Of a stretch of DNA of 64,000 nucleotides, positions 36,709 to 47,375 are shown piece by piece. Positions within the stretch are counted from its first letter, which is position 1. Each line of letters begins with the position of its first letter. The notes beneath the pieces were generated by a model. It was given only the letters and a program-made list of their open reading frames with translations, made no database searches and was not told the origin of the DNA. Source of the stretch: Zygnema circumcarinatum SAG 698-1b (taxonomy: Eukaryota > Plantae > Zygnematophyceae); the NCBI GenBank assembly GCA_037447605.1, contig CM074804.1:868001-932000 (forward strand). The letters are read 5' to 3'. The position numbers and the translations under genes were made by a program.

Positions 36709-37650
36709 GGGGGGGAAGGTGGGGTCAGAGGGAGGGAGGGAGGGCGGGAGGGAGGGGGAGGGAGGGAGGGAGGAGGGATCAGGAGGGAGGGAGGGAGGGG
36801 CAAGAAGAGGAAGGGCGGGGGAGTAGAGTTAAGAAGGGGAGGAGGGAAGGGCGGGAAAGAGGGAAGTCAAGGAATGGAGTGGAGTAGAGTACCGACAAGA
36901 AAGGCGGGGGCTAACGACAAGAAAAGAAGGGGCGGGGGGGTGGGTTTAAAGACAAGAATGGGAGGAAAGGGGAACGGAGGGTGGACAAGAAGGGGGAGGG
37001 GGGTGAGGTGAGATACGAAGTGGAGGGGAAGGGGGGGGGGTGGGGTAGAGGCAAAGAGAGGGAGCGGGGCGGGTGTGGAGACAAGAACGGGAATGCGGGT
37101 GGAAGGAGACAAGAAGGGGAGGGGTGAAGATTCAAGAAGGGGAGGGATTGTGGGGGAAGAGACAGGAAGGTGAGGGGGGGTCGGTAGAGACAAAGGGAAA
37201 GGGTAGAAAATAGGTCAGGAGGGACATAGTAGGGAAATTGGAGAGGGAGACAACGACAAGGGGCAGGGAGGATGGGAGAGACAATGGTGGGGAGGGGAGG
37301 GTAGGTCGGGAGAGAGATAGGCGGGAATGTGGAGTACGAGACAATATGGAGGGGCAGGGAAGTGGAGATGGGAGAGGCGGTGGGAGCGAGGGGTAGGTCT
37401 GGAGGGAGATAGAAAGGAGAGGGGAGTGGGAAACAATGAGGGATAGGGACGAGGAGATGGGGGAGACGATGGGTGGGAGGGAGAGGGAGGGAGAGGGAGG
37501 GGGAGGAAAGGGGAGGGAGGGGGAGGGAGATGGGACGTAGAGTGGGGAGGGAACCGAAGGCAGAGAAGAGGGGATGGGGGAGACAATGAGGGCGAAAGTG
37601 AGAGGGGATGAGGAAGGGAGGGAGACAGACATAGGTAGGGTTTTGCAGGA
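36709..37650. repeat. purine-rich (G/A) low-complexity tract
   Basis: Strong G/A strand bias; its ORFs are low-complexity artefacts. Confidence 0.85.
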
Positions 37651-38279
37651 AGGATAAACTCGCTACAGATTTTAAAGGAGACGGAAAGACGTCTGTTGGG
37701 GTATGTGCACAGTCAGCATGCTTCCCTCGCCATGCATCATTACACAACCATGCGTGACATGATGACCTCATGACATGCATGACATTCCCCGCTTCTGGTA
37801 AGAAGAGGGGGGAGGGATAATGCGGCCATTGGGGGTGAGATCTGAGTGCGCATGGGATAAATATCGGGCGAATTTAAGTAGGAAAGGTGCAGTTTGATGG
37901 GTAACCCTAATTCGAAAACTGCAGAAAATGGGCTACATAGCATCAAAGGAGAGATGGATACTGTGAAACAACGCATGGGAAGGAGGAGTCAAGGCGCGCC
38001 TACCAGTCAGAGCGAGAACGCGGCAATGGCTGCTTCCAGGATGGCGGGAGTGAGCGAGGTGTGCGAGGGAGAGTGCGGGAGAGGGGAGGGAGGGAGAGTG
38101 GGGCGGGCCAGCAGAGGGGGGGAGGGTGAGCCCACCGAGAAGGGGAGGGAGGGAGGGCGCGGGAGACCGACAACGGGAGAGCGAGAGAGAGAGTGAGTGA
38201 GAGAGGGCGACTGCGAGAGGGACGACGGGCATGGATGGATGGATGGATGGGCGGAGACGGAGGGGGGCAGCTGGGGAGC

Positions 38280-39600
38280 CCTAGGGCCTGGACCTGTACG
38301 GGTGTTCGTACAATTGCGAAGAAAAGGACAAAGGCGGGGAGGAGGGCCGCTTTCGGCCAGCTGGACGGCCGGGGTTGGCGGCAGGCCCTCCTATACGCGA
38401 CAAATGCACCGACATTTTGGGGATCACCCGTGCGCCGACATGGCCTTTGTACAGTAAGGGGCCGCCACCTGGCGGGCGGGATATGTTCTGCGACGTGGCA
38501 CGCGCAGGGCGGGAGAGCTGCCAGAAGACCGCCAGCAACGAGGCTAATACGACAAAAGCGGCCTCGGGGTCAACGAGGAAGGCACGGCTGGAGCACCGAC
38601 ATTCTGATTGGCCGCGTGGCACGTTCTGGGCCAAACACCCAATGGGAGGACGCCACATCGGCACTAAAGGTTGATGGAAGGACGTGCCAGCGGCGGAATG
38701 TCGGCGCTCGGCTGGCACGTGTCGCTGTGGGAGTAAAGACGGGGAGGCGTGGGGCCCACCGTGGGGCGCGCCCATGGGACTGTACGGACGAGTGAGGAAA
38801 GTACGGTCATTATGAAACTGCTGGAAAGGATTGTACGAAAATGTCGGCACGAGGAGACAAAATTAAGTCGTCCGGCATAGTCATCGGGCGGTCGTTGGGC
38901 GGCGGCGGGCGGCACCGACACATCGCGCCGCTAGCCGACGGCCGCCACTGGAGTGAGGCGAATCTCGAGAGGGGGTGGCACCGCCCCAGATTCGCCAGCT
39001 GGCAATGTATCGCACAGGGGTCGCAAGAGGACAAAGTTACCACGTGTGCACCGACACCCGATCTGGGCCCTTCGACTTCCCGTTGGAGTCTGACTGTACG
39101 AACCGTACGATTCATACGGCCGTCTCGCCCAATAATTCGTTTGAGCTTCTATGAGGGGTCGTCCGACGTGGCCAAAAGGTGCGAAAGGCATTGCGAAAAA
39201 AGAAGTTGCGAAAGTACTCCGCTGTGGGTGGATCGCTATTTGACCGCAGTACTCGTTCTGGTAAAAAACTTAACGAACAGACATACTGACGGTTTTTTAG
39301 TCTATTGCGAGGCGCCACGTGCCTTCCGTCGAATGGAAGATGTTCCTGAGCGCGCCACGTGGCTGGTTCCGACAGGGCCTCGCCGCGACTTTTTTGTTCG
39401 TCCGTACAGGTCTCGCCACGGGCAAGTGGCCAAGTGTCGGCGGGCGGCGTCGTGCGATGGGATCCGACGGCGGGCGGCCGCCCGCGGATCGCCTTTCGGG
39501 TGCGCCCGAATCGCAGGGCAGTTACGGCCGTCACCGCCGCCGTCGGCGCCGGCGGCGGCGCCACCCTGGCCGGCCGGCCGTCCACTCCCGCGAGGGCGCA
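38280..39600. mobile_element. possible non-autonomous DNA-transposon-derived sequence (CGTAC-, CCGAC- and CACGTG-rich)
   Basis: Same short-motif vocabulary (cgtacg, gccacgtggc, ccgac) as the other foldback elements in the window. No TIR/TSD pair could be confirmed. Confidence 0.3.
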
Positions 39601-40385
39601 CTTGGGATGGGATGGGGTGCGATGGAGCATGGAGCAAGGGATGGGATGGGATGGGATGGAGCATGGAGCAAGGGATAGGATGGGATGGGATGGGATGGGA
39701 TGGAGCATGGAGCACGGGATGGGATGGAGCATGGAGCAAGGGATGGGATGGGATGGGATGGGATGGAGCATGGAGCACGGGATGGGATGGGATGGGATGG
39801 AGCATGGAGCACGGGATGGGATGGGATGGGATGGAGCATGGAGCACGGGATGGGATGCGACGGAGCATGGAGCAAGGGATGGGATGGGATGCGTTGGAGC
39901 ATGGGATGGGATGGGATGGGATGGAGCAGGGGATGGGATGGGATTGGATGGATCGTGGGATGGGATGGGATGGGATGGGATGGGATGGGATGGGATGGGA
40001 TGGGATGGGATGGGATGGGATGGGATGGGATGGGATGGGATGGGATGGGATGGGATGGAGCAGGGGATGGGATGGGATTGGATGGATCATGGGATGGGAT
40101 GGGATGGGATGGGATGGGATGGGATGGGATGGGATGGGATGGAGCAGGGGATGGGATGGGATTGGATGGATCATGGGATGGGATGGGATGGGATGGGGTG
40201 GAGCATGGGATGGGATTGGATGGAGAACAGGCTGGCATGGGATGGAGCATGGGATGGGATTGGATGGAGAACAGGCTGGCATGGGATGGAGCATGGGATG
40301 GGATTGGATGGAGAACAGGCTGGCATGGGATGGAGCATGGGATGGGATGGATGGAGCACGGGTTGGCATGGGATGGAGCATGGAG
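39601..40385. repeat. (GGGAT)n pentanucleotide satellite with GGAGCAT variants
   Basis: Long pure (GGGAT)n core at ~39957-40055, flanked by higher-order variants (GGGATGGAGCATGGAGCAC/A; GGATTGGATGGAGAACAGGCTGGCAT x3). Confidence 0.95.
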
Positions 40386-40593
40386 CGGGGCGAGGGAGGC
40401 CGAAAGGGGGGCCGGGCCTAGAGGAAGAGGTTTGTAGGTCGGCTGCGAATGGCTCACTGTGGGACCTTGAATTGCCTTCGATCGCGTGTGTACATTTGAT
40501 TTTTCTTTTCATTTGATGGCGTTACTATGAGGAGACCAGTGTTCATTCACGCCGCTCCTTCGAGGGGGGAGTTCTCAATCTTTCACAGTTCGG

Positions 40594-41370
40594 ACCAGTG
40601 GATCGGCAACCATTGGACAACCATTGGATGGCAATGGTTGGACGTCTACTGGTTGGCAATCAGTCGACTGGTTTGGAACCAGTGGATGCCACTGGTTGGC
40701 AACCAGTCGACGGGTTTGGAACCAGTGGATGCCACTGGTTGGCAACCAGTCGAATGGTTGTTTCGATCTGGCGGCACTGGTTGGCAACCAGTCGAATGGT
40801 TATATCCAGTAAATCAAATGGTTGGCAACCATTAAATCACTAGTTGTAGCGAACTGAACGCTACAGTTACCAAAATGCCGTCGGCGTTTCGGAGAAAACT
40901 ATTACGGTTCGGCCGTACAAACCCCCGTACAGCCGTACGATTATGCTGTACGAATCCGTACGTATCTGTACGCATCAGGCTTGTTACACTAGTTGTCAAC
41001 GGTTGGCAACCAACCAAAAAACACAAACGACCCATTTTTGCAAAAAGGCATAATTTCAGAAATTCAATGGTTGCCAACCATTGGATCACTGGTTCCGAAC
41101 CAGTCGAATGGTTGTTTCAGTCCTGCGCCACTGGTTGGCAACCAGTCGAATGGTTGTTTCGATCCGGCGGCACTGGTTGGCAACCAGTCGAATGGTTGCC
41201 AACCAGTGGCATCCACTGGTTCCAAACCAGTCGACTGGTTGCCAACCAGTGGCATCCACTGGTTCCAAACCAGTCGACTGGTTGCCAACCAGTGGCATCC
41301 ACTGGTTCCAAACCAGTCGACTGGTTGTTTCGGTCCGCAACCACTGGTTGCCAACCAGTCGACTGGTTTG
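40594..41370. repeat. two mutually inverted arrays of chained palindromes (TGGTT/AACCA lattice) around a ~230-bp spacer
   Basis: Left 40594-40832 has units ACTGGTTGGCAACCAGTCGACTGGTTTGGAACCAGTGGATGCC; right 41065-41370 has the reverse-complement units. Confidence 0.9.
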
Positions 41371-42933
41371 TCTTATGATCCGATCTGTGCAATCTTTGCC
41401 AGACGGCGCTGAAAATGGCCGGTTTGGGGCTGAATCGGATGGCCAATCCGCCGAATCTGGACCGAACATGGCTACAGGGTCGTCGCGTTATAGTGTCCAT
41501 GTCGGTCCCCACATATTTGTGTCACTATATCGGTAATGACCCGTTTGCTATGTTTTTGCGGTATATCCGTACACTTTTGATACCGAACATTGTACTTTTT
41601 GGGCAGTCGTCACGTGTGTAGGTGTGTACGAACCCTAGCGAGCATGTGTACGGTCAAGTTGATGTGTACGGTCAACTCGATATCTGACGGTATTTGTCGA
41701 TAATATGTACGGTCGTAATATATTTGTAACGCATATTCCAATACGTGGGTGGAGAATTTGAATATATAGTAACAATTAGGGCATTTCAAATGTCATAATA
41801 TCTGTTTTGGAGTCACTACTGGCGCAGGATCTGCAGTGGTGCAATTCCGTTCCCGGAAAAAAACGTCGGTATATCCATTTTGTCTTTATAATCATTGTCA
41901 CTTTAACGCGACTACCCTGTATTCATAATCGCCTGTCACGCTGAGAATCGCGCTACTGACGCGGACGGCTGTCAAAGAGTGCCCCCCTGCCACCCGGTTG
42001 AAGAGGAGGCACTCCATTCGTGTTCGGCGATTGGGAGCATGGTCTGGTGTGGCATTTCCACTGCATGGCACGGCATGGCATGGCATGGCGTCGCCTCCCA
42101 CGGCATGACAGGGCAGTTTCTCTTGGTGTTACAGGGCATGTCATGTTGGCATCGGCATGGCGAAATGGGATGGTGTTTTCATGGCTTTCCGCGAGATTCA
42201 CGTCGCAGCGTGGCATGCAGTACAGGCATGCAAGGTACCTCCTCGTGAAGACACCAGAAGTGTAACGCTTTATCAGTCTCTTCGCCTGAAGGTGAGAACT
42301 ACAGCGGCTGCTTTTTTTCGTGTAGAAGAAGTCTAACGTCGCACATTTGAATCGAAAGATATCAGAAACATCAAAGAGTTGCAGTGCATTTTGAAGAGAG
42401 CAAAAAATCAATCGTCTCATCATCACCATAATTTTGCTCACAGCAGCACAACGGAAGCACTGAGAAATGGCGGAGGCGGATTGACTCGCACAAAAAGCAG
42501 ATGTTCTCAAATAAGACCGGAACTCACATTTGAAAACGCGCCGCTGATCTACTTCTAACCCTAACCCTAATGAAGCCTGCAGATTTGCCGAGGCCGGCCT
42601 GAACAACCGCTGCTTGTGCACGAACGATGATCAACGCCTCCCCTCCCCCTCCCCCTCCTACCTCCTCTCTCCAGGGCGACAAGTCACCCTACAGGCTTCA
42701 ACTGGCACTTCGGAAGAAAAAAAAGGTCACAAACCTTAGCACACTATGCTTCTTGAGTCTAGCCACTAGTCGGCCGCCGGGCCCACAGCGGCTCTCAGTG
42801 GCCCTCGCAGTGTGAAAAACCGAAGGAACCAGTTTGGACAACGCGCAAGCTCGCCTATCTCGAGGACTTCTGAGCTGGTGAGTCCTTATTTTGGGCGACC
42901 ATCATCCATATGCAAAACTGTTGGCCTGAGCTT

Positions 42934-43848
42934 TTACTTGGCTCTGCTGGCGGGTATAAGGAACGTATCCACTGAGTGGACGATAAGAGCTAACTTGGCA
43001 GAAGCATAGGTCGTCGGAGTAACCAGCCCCTGCCCGGCGGTGCCGACAGGGTTCAGAATAACTGCAGAAGGGTTTGTCTTTAGGTCCAGCTTCTGGACCA
43101 GCGATCCTTCCGCTGTCAGCAACGTGGACCCTCTCTTAAGAGCTATCAGCTGCGGGCCTGTCAAGTACCCTTTCACTACAAAAAATTTGAGAACAAACTG
43201 CAACCAATTGAAGTCGCCTGTCAATAGCTTCTTCTTAGTATCTGCATCCAACTTATTAAAAGCTGCATCTGTGGGAATGAACAGAGTGTAGGAGCTCGTC
43301 GCCACAACCGCTTTCAGATAAGTGACGAAATTAATCTTAACCCCATCTGCAACAAAAGACAGGTGAAATTATTCAGCTAAGCAGTTGCGAGTCCATCCCC
43401 CAAGTTTCAAACAGTACAAAAGTCTTCATTTTCATGATTCCAGCAGCCGATTTGAACTTGTAGAGCAACTCACGCATTCAAGCATTAATGGATCAATATT
43501 ATGGCTTGCCATGGGAACCAAACACTGTCCTACAATTACGCTGCTACAAATGCCGATGCTACAAATGCCGAAATGTGGCAGAATCGACCACACAGCACAA
43601 CACACAACCTTTGAGAAACTGCACAACGCAGAACCAAACGCCAACTAGAACTCACCCGCTCTGTTCATGAGAACAAGTATCTGGCTGTATTGCTTCAGAC
43701 TCGTAAGTTTTGCAAGTAACGTGTCGACTTCCACCTTTGCATCCCATGATTGGGCTGCAGTAATTTGACTAAGGCTTGAGACAATCAAAACTCCAGCTAG
43801 AGAACAGAGAAGACCAGCGTGCTGTAACCGCCTGCTGCTCGAAAACAT
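42934..43848 (-). CDS. secreted single-FAS1 domain protein, copy 6 (~201 aa, exons 43848-43656, 43346-42934)
   Basis: Signal-like N-terminus AGLLCSLAGVLIVSSLSQITAA; YSQILVLMNRA|D; YTLFIPTDAAF; IVHSVDTFLIPASRAK*. Confidence 0.85.
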
Positions 43849-46427
43849 CTTGCGAACGAAATGAATAGAAAGAGTCCCTTATGTGCCAGAACTGCCGAAA
43901 GATTGTAGCAGATGCGGAAGCCGATTCGATAAATCCACGAAGTTTTCGATCTAAGAACACTGGCGATGATTGGACATCGGGCACAGTTGCTGTACTCTAA
44001 AGGCTTCTCGTTGAACTTGCAGATTACGCAATGATATTGAATTCCTGCACATTGCAGAGATAGATAGTGTCAGCGCATACCACCTAAAATTCACAAAAAA
44101 AGACCTGTGCATTGACGAGCCCTAGCGACCATTTTCATACCAAAGCACCAGTTACAGAAACAAGGCAGACTGGACTGATGGCCGCTATGATCACATCAGG
44201 AGCAATCTCATGAGGAAAGTAGAACTCAAGTTGGTGGCATAACTATTTGCTTCTGCCTTCCATTCAAGTAGTCGCAAAATTTTGACAGGATGATTCATCA
44301 ATGTGAAAGATGAAAAAGGACGCTTAAAAAAAACGAAGCCAAACTTGAATACGGAAAATATCTTCCGAAAGCCAAAAACAAAGACATGAACTGATAATTG
44401 TCTTTCTGCATTATCAGCGAAACTTCACGGAGAAACTACTAAAACCACAGCAATTTGTCAATTTATTGATGGGTGAATGCGAGTATTACTGGATGAGTCA
44501 GAAAAAATGGATCCATGTTCAAGCAAGCCAATGTGATCCTGCACATGATCCGCAAAGTGTGCAATCCGCTGCGGCCTTGAGGCATAAAGGAACAAAAACC
44601 AAGCCTACTTAAAGCTCCAAGTGTCATCACAAGTATCTTATCGAACGAGCAAAGAGAGCTCTTGCAAACATGCCAATTCTTCCAGATACAGAACTTGACA
44701 GCTCAGGTGGAGGCCCACTGTCACAGAGCGAGTGCAGTCCAAGGTGTTAACATCTCACAATCAGCAAGACATCGAGTTTGATGAAACAATCAATCCGCAA
44801 GATAAAAAAAATGTAGTTTCGGCATACACATCTGCCTACCACATCAATATCCGCACGACCAAAACAGAATGCAGCTTGACAAGAGTCTTCCAATCACCTG
44901 GCCAGGTACTGCACAATGGACCAGCTTCTGGTTGTGGAAGCAATGAGTATGACAGTCGTAAAGCTTCACAAATCCTCTTTCCTGTAAATATGAACCTATC
45001 CTCCAGCTGCTCCTACTCCAGCTGCTGCACACTCAGCTAACTGCTCAGTCAACTCCTGAGGCGCTCCCAAATGCGTCTAACAACGACTCTTCCAACAAGC
45101 GCCTAAAACCAGCCTCAGCAACTGAGCAGCTTCTGAGCTGGGAGCCTCTCCGCAATCAACACGCCCCTCCCTCCGTCTACCTATACCCCTCCAGCACGAC
45201 TGACGGCGGCGACCCGATAATACCTTGCTCCTGCAGCGCGCTTTATAGGCCAGCCAGCCAGCCAGCCCAGAGCGGCTGCTTGCAGGGCCCGCCCCGCCCC
45301 GCCCAGTGGGGGCGGCCCCCCGCCTGCCCGCCCGCCCGCCCGCCCGCCCGCCCGCCCGCCCGCCCGCCCGCCCGCCCGCCCGCCCTCCGCGGCAAGCAAG
45401 CGAGCAAGCAGGAGGGCGGCCGGGGGGGCCTCAGGCCGCCCGGCCGTACGGTACGGCCCTGCTCCTCCCTCCGGAACGGATCTCGCCCCTGGCTGGCCGG
45501 CCGGCTGGCCGCCACTGGGGCCCGGCCGTACCGTACGGTACGGCCGGGCCTGTCAGAGGGCGTCAAACCCTGGACGCTGCCGGGACAAGAAACGACTGTT
45601 TCCGAGTTGGACTGGAGGAGGCGGGCAGCGGGACGGGCAGGGGGGCGGGCAGCGGAACGGGCAGGAAAGGTTAGGAGGGGCGGGCGCTGATTGGAGGGAG
45701 GGGCTGGGAAAAGGTATCGGGAAACTTGCGAGGTTTGAATGGGATTGCCCGTGAGGGCGGGCAGATTAAAACTAGGCTACATGGGTGGAGGGTTGTTTGA
45801 ACATCCCTGTGGGCGAGAAACTGACGGCAGCGGGCGTTGGGATTGGCGGTGCGGCCAAAGGGACGGGAAACCGCGATGTGACATTAGAGGGGCCCGGGAC
45901 TATATCGAGGGAGAAAGTTTATCGAGGGCGGATGTGGCGGCTTCTCATTGGATGCTTGCGCGCGTGCTCGTCGGGAAACGACCGGAATGACCGTCGGTTG
46001 CGACGGATTCGACCGAGGGGCACCGCCGGTCGGCGATGTGCATCCGCGGAAAGTATTTCTGAACTAGGCCTCGAGTGTTCAAAGTTCAACCCTATTATTC
46101 AATAAGATTGAGAATCGAGAAATTAAGTAAACTCGTTTCACAATTTCTCAACATGTACGGCTTTACGGTACAGATTTTGTTTCGAATAGGAATTTCGTGA
46201 GACGGAATGAAGGGGTGCAACGTACGAATCTGTACGAAACTACGGTACGTTCTGTATGTCCAGATTCTGTCGGCGGAAGATTTCGTACCGTACAGAGATT
46301 GACTTATTATAGGGTTCCAACCGTTTGTCCCTGAAAATCCGGGATCTTGTGACTTTGGCGCTGACTCGGTAAAGTAAAGCGGCCATGCCGCAGTTTGCTG
46401 CCATTTATTGAATTTACAAAAAAAAAA

Positions 46428-47375
46428 GGGTAGTGATATTTCCACCCCTTTTTTGGATCCAAACACCCCTTCCCGGCCGGGCAGATTGCAAAAGGGATTA
46501 AAAACGGAAAATGCTTTTTTCACACCTTTTTGGAATCGATACCCACCTCCTTTCGTCGGCTGATTTTATTTTTGGTAACCAAGGAAAATGATACCCCGTC
46601 ACTGCATTTTGAATACTGTATCCCGCCTCCCTGAATTTTTTTTTTGAGGGGAAGAAATATCTGCCAGCCCAAATCCGCTCGAAGTGGAAGATCCGTCAGC
46701 CACGAGATCGTTCGCGGATGTCCGTCCTTCACACGTGTGTGTCAATCGCAGCTGTCGATTCCCTCGCAGATCGCACCATTGCAGGTCACCGTTCGATCTG
46801 CAGCCGGGCTCGATCTTAGCGAATGGAAAGCGCCCACGAGTCCCGTCAAAGCCGGATCGCACGAGCGAATGCGCGCTTCCCTCGGCCCGAGATCTCGTCA
46901 TTGTTAAATCCCAGCCAATAAACATCAGCCACGTGTTACATTTTTGACGTGGAAATTTTTGATTGGTCCAAGCTCTCAATGTACGAAATTTTGGGTTCCA
47001 CAAGTTGCGTTCGTACACCATTTGTACGGACAATCTTTTCAGACGACTTTGGCGGGATACGTGGGCACTTGCCATTCGCTGTGACCGAGCCCGGCTGCAG
47101 ATCAAATAGCGATCTGCCGTGTTGCGATCTGCGAGGGAATCGACGGCTGCGATTGACCGCACGCGTGGAAAAAAATTCAGGTAGGCGGGATATTCAAAAT
47201 GAGGTGACGGGTTATCATTTTCCTTGTTTCGCAAAAATAAAATCTGCCGATGGAGGGTCGGTATCGATTCCAAAAAGGTGTGAAAAAAGTATTTTCCGTT
47301 TTTAATCCATTTTGAAATCTGCCCGGCCGGGAAGGAGTGTTTGGATCCAAAAAAGGGGTGGAAATATCACTACCC
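46428..47375. mobile_element. Mutator-like (MULE) non-autonomous foldback element, ~948 bp
   Basis: Termini GGGTAGTGATATTTCCACCCC / GGGGTGGAAATATCACTACCC. The inverted match extends ~46428-46855 vs ~47045-47375, with one ~80-bp indel. Flanked by A10 (left) and A18 (right), compatible with a 9-10-bp A-run TSD. Confidence 0.8.
46915..46966. promoter_or_regulatory. head-to-head pair of perfect CCAAT-N9-CCACG elements at the centre of the MULE foldback
   Basis: CCAAT aaacatcag CCACG (46915-46933) and CGTGG aaatttttg ATTGG (46948-46966). Confidence 0.55.

Noticed and set aside
37897-38050. Short MGNPNSK.. ORF followed by a GTGAG donor-like site
   Set aside because: No downstream exon or homology was found; insufficient support.
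39302-40516. Long ORFs (244-526 aa) rich in MGWDG / HPIPS
   Set aside because: They are translations of the (GGGAT)n satellite in several frames.
40594-41370. CRISPR-like array
   Set aside because: The units are tandem and palindromic with no unique spacers, there are no cas genes, and the context is eukaryotic.
40537-41592. hAT-type TIR pair (CAGTGTTC / GAACATTG) around the palindrome arrays
   Set aside because: The match is short and imperfect, and the flanking 8-mers do not form a TSD.
41815-41845. CACTA-like terminus (CACTACTGG)
   Set aside because: No matching opposite end or 3-bp TSD was identified.
41953-42621. 222-aa minus-strand ORF
   Set aside because: No recognisable motif; it starts at a non-ATG codon and runs into (GGCAT)n and telomere-like repeats. 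It could be another gene fragment, but I cannot support that.
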